From Armatimonadota bacterium (GTDB taxonomy: Bacteria > Armatimonadota > UBA5829 > DSUL01): a DNA stretch of 64,000 nucleotides. The first letter of the stretch is position 1. Each line of letters opens with the position of its first letter. The DNA lies in NCBI GenBank assembly GCA_039811685.1, contig JBDHZC010000007.1, positions 96,001 to 160,000 of the forward strand, read 5' to 3'. This document shows, piece after piece, positions 39,800 through 48,689 of the stretch. The position numbers and the translations under genes are program-made. The notes beneath the pieces are model-generated. The model saw only the letters and a list, made by a program, of their open reading frames with translations. It ran no database searches and was not told the DNA's origin.

Positions 39800-40930
39800 T
39801 TGAGCCAGATAGACCCCGCACATCTGCGCGCCTGTGTGGCCCTTTCGTGCTCGGAGATATCAGTCAAGGCGTGGCAGCGCCTTGTGGAAGTCTTTGGATG
39901 TGAAGAGAGCGCGCTGAACGCACGGGACTCCGAGCTGGAGATGGTGCTCGGACTTTCAGCCCAAGCCGTGGCGAGGGTAATAAGCGCCAGAGAGCTCCTG
40001 AACAAGGCTGACGAAGTGATCGAGCGCCTCGATGCACAGGGTGTGGAAGCTATCGTCTTGGAAGATATCCGCTACCCTGAGTTGCTCAAGCAGATTCCCG
40101 ATCCCCCACAACTGCTTTTTGTCCGTGGTCAGTTGAAAGAGCGGGACCGCTTTGGGATTGCGATAGTTGGCTCACGCAGACCACGCCCTTACGGCCTCAG
40201 CATGGCGTCCAAGCTCGCCTCAGATCTTGCCTGTGCCGGTTTGACGATTATCAGTGGCGGGGCGATGGGCATTGATCGCAGCGCTCACGAAGCGGCTCTG
40301 CGGGCGGGCGGACGCACGATTGCCGTGCTGGGATGCGGCATTGACGTCGTCTATCCAGGCGATCACAAAGAGCTCTACCAACGCATCGCCCAGCAGGGAG
40401 CAGTGGTCAGTGAGTTTCCTCCAGGCGCTCAGCCGGTGCGGTGGCGCTTTCCGCAACGCAACCGGATCATCAGTGGGCTGTCACGGGGCGTGATTGTCTG
40501 TGACGCACCGGAAGATTCCGGCTCCCTCATTACGGCTACGTGCGCGCTGGATCAGAACCGGGACGTCTTCGCCGTACCCGGAAACGTTGACACTGGCCAC
40601 AACCGGGGCGCGCATAAGCTGCTGAAGGAGGGAGCGAAGCTGGTCGAGTGCGCTGAGGATGTGCTGGAGGAGTATAATCTGGAGTCTGGCCGTTCAAATG
40701 GCGGGTCCCACGCAGGAGCAGGCGGCCCTTCGGAGCTCCCCGCAGTAGAGGTGACGGAGGAGGAGATGAAGATTCTGAGTCTTCTGGACCTGGAGCCGCT
40801 GGCGCTGGACATCATCATCGAGAAGACAGGAATGGGCGCGGCGGAGGTGTCCGGCGTTCTAACCTTTCTAGAGATGAAGCGGCTGGTGAAGCGCGTGGCG
40901 GGTCCGGCCTTTGTCCGGCTGCTGCGGTAG
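39800..40930 (+). CDS. dprA: DNA-processing protein A
   Basis: YPELLKQIPDPP, AIVGSR, ISGGAMGID..AH, FPQRNRIISGLS and SGSLITA motifs. Confidence 0.96.
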   Translation: MSQIDPAHLRACVALSCSEISVKAWQRLVEVFGCEESALNARDSELEMVLGLSAQAVARVISARELLNKADEVIERLDAQGVEAIVLEDIRYPELLKQIPDPPQLLFVRGQLKERDRFGIAIVGSRRPRPYGLSMASKLASDLACAGLTIISGGAMGIDRSAHEAALRAGGRTIAVLGCGIDVVYPGDHKELYQRIAQQGAVVSEFPPGAQPVRWRFPQRNRIISGLSRGVIVCDAPEDSGSLITATCALDQNRDVFAVPGNVDTGHNRGAHKLLKEGAKLVECAEDVLEEYNLESGRSNGGSHAGAGGPSELPAVEVTEEEMKILSLLDLEPLALDIIIEKTGMGAAEVSGVLTFLEMKRLVKRVAGPAFVRLLR

Positions 40931-41289
40931 AGGGCACTGGGCGGAATACCGGCAGGTGATAACATTGAGAGGCCCCGCCGCTGCAGTTTTGACACGAAGC
41001 AGAATTGCACTATAGCGGCAGTTCTTGATTTGAGCAGGCATTGCGCTCGATGAACTGATTAGTCCCAGCGTGCACATCCTGATCGTGAGAAAGGTCACGG
41101 CTTGGACACGTGGCTTCAGCTTCGAGCTCGTCCGCACCTCTAGCCGGTTCACACCCACGCGAGTGGTCTGTCAAGCGCCGGCTCACATTCGGCCATACGC
41201 TCTCCGCACAATTCCAACGCATCGTCTCCAGCCCTAACCACCCCTCACCCTTCGATCCTGTCCGCTGATCCCTCATCCTGTCCCCCGCA

Positions 41290-41318
41290 TTGACACTGCG
41301 GACAATCGCGCGTATAAC
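41290..41318 (+). promoter_or_regulatory. Sigma70 promoter upstream of topA
   Basis: TTGACA-N17-TATAAC. Confidence 0.7.
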
Positions 41319-41590
41319 ATCCGCTGGCTGTCTCTCGCACCTGTGTTCTTGCTCGGCAGGCTGATTGATTCACCGGAGGAGTTGCCTGGGCGGGCGCTTT
41401 TCCAGCCACGCTACAGAGGCTATAACAGCCGCCCGATAATTCGAGCGGACCGGCTGACAGTAGAGCGATCGCAAGCTCACGCCTCGTCTGACAAAACCGC
41501 TGCAGCCTGGGAACAATCCATGTGAGGCGGCGTTCTAGTAGCGTAGACGCTGCACTTTGAGAGCTGTCTCAAAATGTCCGGACAGGATTT

Positions 41591-43723
41591 ATGCCACAGA
41601 AAAAACCACTAATAATTGTAGAGTCTCCCGCAAAGACCAAAACGCTGAAGAACTTTCTCGGCGGGGCGTATGACATTCACGCTTCGGTGGGACACGTCCG
41701 GGATCTGCCCAAAAGCAGACTGGGTGTGGACGTGGAACACGACTTCCAACCTTCGTACTCGATCATCCGGGATCGCAAGAAGGTGGTGGAAGATCTCAGA
41801 AAAGCCGCAGCAAAGGCCAGCGAGGTCTATATCGCTTCCGACCCGGATCGCGAAGGAGAGGCTATCGCGTGGCATGTGGCCGAGGCTCTGAAGCTGGATG
41901 AACCCAAGCGCATTGAGTTCAACGAGATTACAAAATCCGCGGTAACCGAGGCTTTTCGGCATCCCAGGACAATTGATGAAAAGCGTGTGGGCGCACAGCA
42001 GGCGCGCAGGGTACTGGACAGACTGGTCGGCTACAAAATCAGCCCGCTGCTGTGGACTCGCGTAAAGCGAAATTTGAGCGCAGGACGCGTCCAGAGCGTT
42101 GCCGTGCGGCTGATCTGTGAGCGCGAACGCGAAATCCAGGGCTTCGTACCTGTGGAGTACTGGACGCTGACGGCTCGGCTGACACCTCAGGATCAGGTGT
42201 TTCCTTTCGAAGCCAGACTCCTCACCATTGACAAGGACAAAGCGTCTCTGTCGAATGAGGGCGAGGCTCAGGCCGTGGTTGAAGAGCTGCAGGGCGAGAC
42301 CTACCGCGTTGATAAGATCACGCGAACCGAGCGCAAGCGCAACGCTCCCGCGCCCTTCATCACCAGCACTCTGCAACAGGAAGCTTCCCGCAAACTCGGC
42401 TTTGGAAGCATGCGTACGATGCGGGCGGCGCAGGATTTGTATGAAGGGATTGAACTTGGCGGTGAAGGCTCTGTTGGACTGATCACCTATTTGAGAACTG
42501 ACTCAACGCGCGTTTCTCCGGAGGCCGTCGCCGAGTGCCGCAGCTACGTCACAGACAAGTACGGCAGCGAATATCTGCCGGGCAGCCCGCGCGTGCATAA
42601 ATCGTCCAACAAATCTGCGCAGGACGCCCACGAGTGCATTCGTCCGACATCCGTACTGCGCGAACCAGCCGCGCTCAAGAGCTTTCTCTCTTCTGACCAG
42701 TTCAAGCTGTACACCCTGATCTGGCAACGCTTTGTAGCCAGCCAGATGAATCCGGCCCTCTATGACGTCGAGAGGGTGGACATCCAGGCCGGACGCTTTG
42801 GATTTCGCGCCACGGGGTCAACGGAGAAGTTCAAGGGCTTCAGAGTTCTCTACTCTGAAGGTACTGATGACAAGAAGGAAGTGGACGACGAAGACCGTCC
42901 GCCGCTACCCAGCATGACTGAGGAACAGGTTCTGAAGCTGCTGGAGCTTGTGCCGGACCAGCATTTCACAGAACCTCCGCCTCGCTATACTGAAGCGACG
43001 CTGGTGAAAACTCTGGAGGAGAAAGGCATCGGTCGCCCCAGCACCTATGCCTCTATCGTAAGCACGATTCGAGACCGGGGGTATGTGGTTCTGGAGCAGA
43101 AGCGCTTTAAGCCGACGGACCTCGGATTTACCGTCAACGATCTGCTTGTAAAACATTTTCCGAGCATTCTGGATGTCTCATTCACGGCCAATGTTGAGAC
43201 ACAGCTTGACGAAGTGGAAAATGGAAAAGCTGACTGGGTGAGTCTGCTCAGGGAGTTTTACGGACCCTTTGAGAAGGCGCTTGGCGAAGCTCAGGAAAAA
43301 ATGGAGCGAGTCAAAGTGGAGCCGCGCGAGAGCGACGAGCTGTGTCCGAAGTGCGGGCGCAAGATGCTCATCCGCCAGAGCCGCTCCGGCGAAGAGTTTC
43401 TGGGCTGCAGCGGTTACCCTGAGTGCAAGACGACAAAAAGCCTGCAGCCACCCCTGGACGTGAAGTGTCCAACATGTCACGAAGGGGACGTCATACAGCG
43501 CAGATCCAAACGCGGGAAGATATTCTTCGGGTGCAACCGGTGGCCGGACTGCGACTTTGTCTCCTGGGACAAGCCCGTCTCTGAGCCCTGCCCACAGTGC
43601 GGAGGCCTTATGGTTGACAAGACGACCAAGGCGCGAGGTCACGAGGTTCGCTGTACGGTGGAAGGGTGTGGATACAGCCGGCCGGTTGTTGAAAAACCGG
43701 AGTCCGAAGACGAAGCCGCCTAG
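41591..43723 (+). CDS. topA: DNA topoisomerase I
   Basis: IVESPAK, DPDREGE, SAGRVQS, ITYLRTDS and GIGRPSTY motifs; C-terminal zinc ribbons. Confidence 0.98.
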   Translation: MPQKKPLIIVESPAKTKTLKNFLGGAYDIHASVGHVRDLPKSRLGVDVEHDFQPSYSIIRDRKKVVEDLRKAAAKASEVYIASDPDREGEAIAWHVAEALKLDEPKRIEFNEITKSAVTEAFRHPRTIDEKRVGAQQARRVLDRLVGYKISPLLWTRVKRNLSAGRVQSVAVRLICEREREIQGFVPVEYWTLTARLTPQDQVFPFEARLLTIDKDKASLSNEGEAQAVVEELQGETYRVDKITRTERKRNAPAPFITSTLQQEASRKLGFGSMRTMRAAQDLYEGIELGGEGSVGLITYLRTDSTRVSPEAVAECRSYVTDKYGSEYLPGSPRVHKSSNKSAQDAHECIRPTSVLREPAALKSFLSSDQFKLYTLIWQRFVASQMNPALYDVERVDIQAGRFGFRATGSTEKFKGFRVLYSEGTDDKKEVDDEDRPPLPSMTEEQVLKLLELVPDQHFTEPPPRYTEATLVKTLEEKGIGRPSTYASIVSTIRDRGYVVLEQKRFKPTDLGFTVNDLLVKHFPSILDVSFTANVETQLDEVENGKADWVSLLREFYGPFEKALGEAQEKMERVKVEPRESDELCPKCGRKMLIRQSRSGEEFLGCSGYPECKTTKSLQPPLDVKCPTCHEGDVIQRRSKRGKIFFGCNRWPDCDFVSWDKPVSEPCPQCGGLMVDKTTKARGHEVRCTVEGCGYSRPVVEKPESEDEAA

Positions 43724-43731
43724 CGTGCGCG

Positions 43732-45075
43732 ATGTTTGACGGTGTGACAGTCATCGGCGGCGGGCTGGCTGGCAGCGAGGCCGCATGGCAGATAGCCAGA
43801 CGCGGCGTCCCCGTGCGCCTGTGCGAAATGCGACCCGGCAAGCAGACGGGCGCCCATAAGACCGCTAATCTGGCGGAGCTGGTCTGCAGCAACTCTTTCA
43901 AGAGCAACCTGCCCCACACGGCAAGCGGCGAACTCAAGCGAGAGATGCGCAGCCTGGGTTCTATGATTCTCGAGGCCGCTGACGAAGCCTCAGTGCCGGC
44001 TGGCGAAGCTCTGGCGGTTGACCGCGAACTGTTTGCCGCAAGTGTCCAGAGTCGCCTCAACGCCCTTTCCAGCGTGGAGATTATTCGGGAAGAGGCAGAG
44101 CGCATTCCGGACGAAGGGCTGGTGATTGTGGCGACCGGTCCCTTGACGTCTGAAGCGCTCGCCGCAGATGTCGCCCGGATAACAGGGTCCGAGCGGCTAT
44201 TCTTCTACGACGCTGTGGCCCCGATAGTCGAGACGGACTCAATAGACTTCGACCATTGCTGGGAAGGCTCCCGCTACGATAAGGGCGACGGCGCGTATCT
44301 GAACTGCCCACTGAGCAAAGAGCAGTACGACGAGATATATGAAGCGATTTGCTCTGCGGAGCTGGCGCCTGTCCACGATTTCGAAGACCCCAGGTTTTTT
44401 GAAGGGTGCCTGCCGCTTGAGGAGATCGCCCGCCGCGGACCCGAGACCCTTGCGCATGGCCCCTGGAAACCTGTAGGCCTGCGCGATCCGCGCACAGGTG
44501 AGCGCGCGCATGCGGTCGTTCAGCTTCGGCGTGAAAACAGCGCCGGCACCTGTTACAGCCTGGTAGCCTGTCAGAGCCGAATGACCTGGCCTGAGCAGCG
44601 GCGGATATTTGGGATGATTCCCGCTCTGGCTAATGCTTCGTGGCTGAGACTGGGAGTTGTGCACCGGAATACGTATCTGGACTCCCCGCGCCTGCTGGAC
44701 ACAGCGCTGCGCCTGCGCTCCGTCCCGCGCGTGGCCTTTGCCGGGCAGATCACGGGAGTGGAAGGCTATCTGGAGTCTGCGGCCACCGGACTTCTTACGG
44801 GTATCAATGCCGCGCTCGCCCTTCTGTCAGAGGACGAGCCATTCGTCCCGCCCGCTGAGAGCATGCTTGGCGCTCTTGTGCGCTACGTTGCGGAAAGCGA
44901 ATCAGCGGCCTTCGCCCCGATGAACGCCAATTTCGGCATTCTTCCGCCAGTGGGAGGGCCAAAAAGACGCAAAGAAGACCGTCGCCGGATAGCCTGCGAC
45001 CGCGCCCACGATGCGCTCATCAAAGCCGCCGAGGTTCAAGGCGTTTTGTCAGTCCCCACCGCTCCAGGCGTGTGA
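43732..45075 (+). CDS. trmFO: Folate-dependent tRNA (uracil-54)-methyltransferase
   Basis: GGGLAGSEAAWQ, ELVCSNS, FEGCLP.E, HRNTY and AGQITGVEGY.ES motifs. Confidence 0.96.
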   Translation: MFDGVTVIGGGLAGSEAAWQIARRGVPVRLCEMRPGKQTGAHKTANLAELVCSNSFKSNLPHTASGELKREMRSLGSMILEAADEASVPAGEALAVDRELFAASVQSRLNALSSVEIIREEAERIPDEGLVIVATGPLTSEALAADVARITGSERLFFYDAVAPIVETDSIDFDHCWEGSRYDKGDGAYLNCPLSKEQYDEIYEAICSAELAPVHDFEDPRFFEGCLPLEEIARRGPETLAHGPWKPVGLRDPRTGERAHAVVQLRRENSAGTCYSLVACQSRMTWPEQRRIFGMIPALANASWLRLGVVHRNTYLDSPRLLDTALRLRSVPRVAFAGQITGVEGYLESAATGLLTGINAALALLSEDEPFVPPAESMLGALVRYVAESESAAFAPMNANFGILPPVGGPKRRKEDRRRIACDRAHDALIKAAEVQGVLSVPTAPGV

Positions 45076-45199
45076 CCCAGCGCCTGACGGGCGCCGATTG
45101 CCGCTCTTTTTCTCCTTCATCACCCTGCTGTCACTGCTTTCCCGGTATTTTCACCAGTCTTTTCTTGAAAACGAGCAGACGTACGCCTGCCCGCCCGAA

Positions 45200-45216
45200 T
45201 TGGCACGGGATTTGCA
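45200..45216 (+). promoter_or_regulatory. Sigma54 (-24/-12) promoter
   Basis: TTGGCACGGGATTTGCA matches YTGGCACG-N4-TTGCW exactly. Confidence 0.75.
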
Positions 45217-45237
45217 CCATAGGACAGTAGAAAATCA

Positions 45238-45680
45238 GATTCCGAAGCACTTGCCTCCCGCTTGGCGGCTGGCGGCGTCTGGTGACAGGTACCGCGCAGC
45301 CGGGGCGAGGCGTTTGCAGATGACAATTGCAGACGTGACGTTCAGTCGAGTTCGGAAATCAGAAACGTCCGATCTGAAAGATGGGATCGGCCAAGAGCCG
45401 GCAGCACTGCTGTAAATGCAGATGTGCGCCCACTCCTGTTGGGGGAGTGTCAGGCTTCGAAGAATACCCGAGGCAATTTGAGTTGGGCAGCGACGCAACA
45501 CAGCGCGGCTTTTGTGCGCGGTAGTTGGTCGCAAGTGGCAGAGGCGGGCGCTTTTCGTCTAGGGCGGAAACGTTCTGCTTTCTTTACCACGCTGCGCCGC
45601 TTACTTGAATCAGGCTCAGCCTGATCTCAGGTGAGGGTTACGGCGCCGGCTCAGTCGCATTGCACGTCAGCAAGACCGAC
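45238..45680 (+). ncRNA. Candidate large structured RNA or 5' leader (unassigned)
   Basis: Nested stems, long-range pairings and GNRA-type loops found by eye; no convincing ORF. Family unknown. Confidence 0.4.
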
Positions 45681-45697
45681 CCAGGAGTAAAGATAGT

Positions 45698-46528
45698 ATG
45701 AAAACAGGCAAATTGTGCTTGTGGACGGTAGCCCTGGCCGTTGTCACAGGCTTTATGTCGAGTCCGTCTCACGCGGAGCGGACTCTTCCAGGATCGTTCC
45801 TGAAATGGCGCGTCAGCAACTCCGCTGAGTTGGCCAAACAGATTGACGACTCTGCAGAAGTGGCCCGGCGCTATCAGGCCTTCTACAAGCAGGACCCTTC
45901 CGTGATTTCGGAACGCTTCCAGGGACTTCATGTGATGACGCTGTCGAAGCAGTTGACGACTCGCGTTCATTTCATCTCCAAGAGCGGCAAGATCAGCTCC
46001 AAGACCACAACTTTTCTCCCCGGAGCGCTGGTGTTTGCCGACGCCAACAACAAACCGGTGCTTGACTACAAGTGCGGGAATCCTATGAGCTCCGACCTTC
46101 CATCCGTGGAGAAGGTGATGTCAGAGAAGACTCCCGAAGTCAGCACTGACCTGCCAATGAGCGGGCAGGGCGCCGAGGTCCCTGTGGACGTCCAGATGAC
46201 AGAAGTCGCATCCAGCACGGCTGTGCCAAACGCTGAACCGATCTTCACCGAAGTTCTGGCCCAGCCGACGGAAGTCTTTACCGGCGCCGCAACAGTTGGT
46301 CCCGCGACGGCGACTACCGCGACGACGGCTGTTGAAGCCGCTCCGGTGGCCGTGGCGGCTGGTGGAGGTCCGGTTGGCCTTCTGGCTGCTGTCCCGCTGC
46401 TGTTCCTTGGAGGCGGTGGTGGTGGCGGTGGAGGCGGCCCTGTAGTGCCGGAGCCATCGACGATACTGACTCTTGGAGCAAGTCTGAGCGCCTTTGCAGG
46501 GCTGGCGATTCGAAGAAAGCGCCACTGA
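45698..46528 (+). CDS. PEP-CTERM sorting-domain surface protein
   Basis: Signal peptide, Thr/Ala-rich linker, poly-Gly, then VPEPST, a TM helix and RRKRH; AGGAG RBS. Confidence 0.92.
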   Translation: MKTGKLCLWTVALAVVTGFMSSPSHAERTLPGSFLKWRVSNSAELAKQIDDSAEVARRYQAFYKQDPSVISERFQGLHVMTLSKQLTTRVHFISKSGKISSKTTTFLPGALVFADANNKPVLDYKCGNPMSSDLPSVEKVMSEKTPEVSTDLPMSGQGAEVPVDVQMTEVASSTAVPNAEPIFTEVLAQPTEVFTGAATVGPATATTATTAVEAAPVAVAAGGGPVGLLAAVPLLFLGGGGGGGGGGPVVPEPSTILTLGASLSAFAGLAIRRKRH

Positions 46529-46624
46529 TCCAACTTACCACAACGGACGCTCCCCAAACAGGTTCGACCCGGTTTCTACCTCCACCAGAGGCCGGGTCGG
46601 ACTCTGAAAGGTGTGGAAGCGTTG

Positions 46625-46670
46625 AGCGCAGACCAGAAGGGTGACGAGCTTCTGGTCTGCGCTTCTTTTT
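46625..46670 (+). terminator. Intrinsic terminator after the PEP-CTERM gene
   Basis: 15-bp stem AGCGCAGACCAGAAG/CTTCTGGTCTGCGCT followed by TCTTTTT; another long hairpin lies at 46562-46602. Confidence 0.85.
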
Positions 46671-46709
46671 CGTTGAGGAAAGGCCCGGCATTGCGAGGCG
46701 GGGCAGCCA

Positions 46710-46739
46710 TTGCGAAGGCACAGACCAGCATGGTATACT
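46710..46739 (+). promoter_or_regulatory. Sigma70 promoter of the nusA-infB operon
   Basis: TTGCGA-N18-TATACT with a TG extension. Confidence 0.6.
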
Positions 46740-46770
46740 CAACGGCGTAGAGGCTCGTTTCGCATGGATG

Positions 46771-46800
46771 AAGTGGGTTGAAAAACCCGCTTTTTTTGTT
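46771..46800 (+). terminator. Leader attenuator of the nusA operon
   Basis: AAGTGGGT-loop-ACCCGCTT plus a U tract; resembles the AGTGGG/CCCACT leader hairpin found before rimP-nusA in many bacteria. Confidence 0.7.
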
Positions 46801-46979
46801 GCTGTGCTTGTAGTTACACAGGCTACAATGTCCATGCTATATTAGAGAGCTTTTTATCGTGGGTCGCTGACGGCGCCCCAATTATTAATTGAACAGCCGC
46901 CAACTTCGACCCGAGCGGATGATCGCTGCGGGTCGTATTGTTAGTGGCATATATCGAGCGATTTCGGGAGACGCAAGCG

Positions 46980-48197
46980 GTGAACGAAGAGTTCCTGGAC
47001 GCCCTCCGACAAATCGAAAAGGAAAAGGAAATCCCGTTCGAGGTGTTGATGGACACCATCGAGCAAGCGCTGGTGCACGCCTACAAGAAGCACTATGGCG
47101 CGATGGACGTTCGGGTTCGCGTTGACCACACGCCCAAGGGATTCAAAGTTTTCACTCAGAAAGATGTTGTCCAGGAGGTTGAGAACCCGGACATCGAGAT
47201 CTCACTTGCCGAAGCGCGAGCTACCAATCCTGATGCGCTCGTCGGGGATACGGTTGAGTTTGAGGTGACTCCGGAGAACTTTGGGCGCATTGCCGCGCAG
47301 ACAGCCAAGCAGGTTGTTGTTCAGCGCATCCGGGACGCTGAGCGCGAGCAGGTGTATGACGAGTTTGGCGATCGCATCGGCCAGGTAGTCACGGGAGTTG
47401 TCCAGCGCACTGAACAGCGAAATGTGGTTATTGGTCTGGGCAAGGTGGAGGCTCTGCTTCCTCCACCGGAACAGGTTCCCACAGAGCCCTACAACTTCAA
47501 TGATCGCCTGAAGGTCTATGTTCTGGAGGTTCGCCGAACCAATCGCGGTCCTCAGGTGTATGTTTCACGCACGCATCCCAATCTGATACGCGGCCTTTTT
47601 GAGTTGGAAGTGCCGGAAATTGCGGAGGGTATAGTCGAGATTCAGTCCGTCGCGCGCGAACCCGGACAGCGTTCAAAAATCGCCGTTTCGTCTTCAGATG
47701 AGCGGGTTGATCCGGTTGGCGCATGCGTAGGGCACAGAGGTACGCGCGTGCAGTCAGTTGTCACGGAGCTTTATGACGAGAAGGTAGATATCGTCAGATG
47801 GAGCCCGGACACGGCCAGGTTTATAGCGGAGTCCCTGAGCCCTGCCAAGCCTTCCAACGTCACGATAGACGAAGCCAATAAGACTGCCCTCGTTGTGATG
47901 CCGGACAATCAGCTTTCGCTGGCTATTGGCAAGAGCGGACAGAATGTACGATTGGCCGCCCGGCTGACCGGATGGCGCATAGACATTCGCAGTGAGTCTC
48001 AGGCAGACGAGCCCGGCGCCCCGGCGGATCGAGACGCCGCTCTTGACTCATCCGCCACAGCTTCCGAGGAGACCGCCCCACTCTCAGATGCCCCATCTGT
48101 TGCGGAAACAACTCAGATAGAGGCTGACTCCTCGACGGAGGCTGGTGTCGCTGTAAGCGACGGCGTTGAGGCCGCTGAAAATGAGGCGCAGGAATAG
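46980..48197 (+). CDS. nusA: Transcription termination factor NusA
   Basis: FGRIAAQTAKQV, LFELEVPEI, AREPG.RSKIAV and SLAIGKSGQNVRLAA motifs; GTG start. Confidence 0.97.
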   Translation: MNEEFLDALRQIEKEKEIPFEVLMDTIEQALVHAYKKHYGAMDVRVRVDHTPKGFKVFTQKDVVQEVENPDIEISLAEARATNPDALVGDTVEFEVTPENFGRIAAQTAKQVVVQRIRDAEREQVYDEFGDRIGQVVTGVVQRTEQRNVVIGLGKVEALLPPPEQVPTEPYNFNDRLKVYVLEVRRTNRGPQVYVSRTHPNLIRGLFELEVPEIAEGIVEIQSVAREPGQRSKIAVSSSDERVDPVGACVGHRGTRVQSVVTELYDEKVDIVRWSPDTARFIAESLSPAKPSNVTIDEANKTALVVMPDNQLSLAIGKSGQNVRLAARLTGWRIDIRSESQADEPGAPADRDAALDSSATASEETAPLSDAPSVAETTQIEADSSTEAGVAVSDGVEAAENEAQE

Positions 48198-48257
48198 CGC
48201 GGGCGACTGGCGCGTTGCCTGTGGGAAACAGATTTTGAGTGAAATCTGTTATAAAGT

Positions 48258-48539
48258 GTGAAGACTGAGCAAACTGAGGAATCCGGGAGCCAGATCCGCA
48301 GTTGCGTGGGCTGCCGGCGAAAGGCGTCCAAGCGCGAGTTTGTCCGGATTGTTCGATCGCCCGACGGTGAGGTCTCTCTGGACTCTGGAGGCCGAGCTGC
48401 TGGGCGCGGCGCCTACGTATGCGCGAATGAAGTTTGTGTGAAGAAGGCCCTTCGAGGGTCAAGATTGACGAAGGCTCTTAGAGCCAGCGTAAATGAGTCC
48501 GTGCTTAACGATCTAATGAAATCGGTCGCGTCCAGGTGA
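48258..48539 (+). CDS. ylxR: YlxR (DUF448) RNA-binding protein
   Basis: RSCVGCR..K.E.VRIVR and GRGAYVC motifs. Confidence 0.92.
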   Translation: MKTEQTEESGSQIRSCVGCRRKASKREFVRIVRSPDGEVSLDSGGRAAGRGAYVCANEVCVKKALRGSRLTKALRASVNESVLNDLMKSVASR

Positions 48540-48689
48540 ATATGCGAGCCCGTAAGACAGGTCATTGTGGACCTGTCTGTGAGTGCGTGTACGCCGTGCG
48601 CATGGCTGTTGCTCGCCTCTGCGACAACTTGAGGGGCGACCAGATGTAGTCATCAGTTTCTATTGAATAGACGGAGGAGGTCGGCGGTA

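Noticed and set aside
45361..45430. Loose resemblance to a c-di-GMP-I riboswitch (GAAA-containing stem followed by GGGA)
   Set aside because: The conserved GGCAAA and GCAAA elements are missing, so no family was assigned.
46545..46602. GGTTCGACCC...CTCCACCA resembling a tRNA/tmRNA 3' end or att site
   Set aside because: No proper T-stem or acceptor stem; the bases are explained by a long simple hairpin, and no integrase is nearby.
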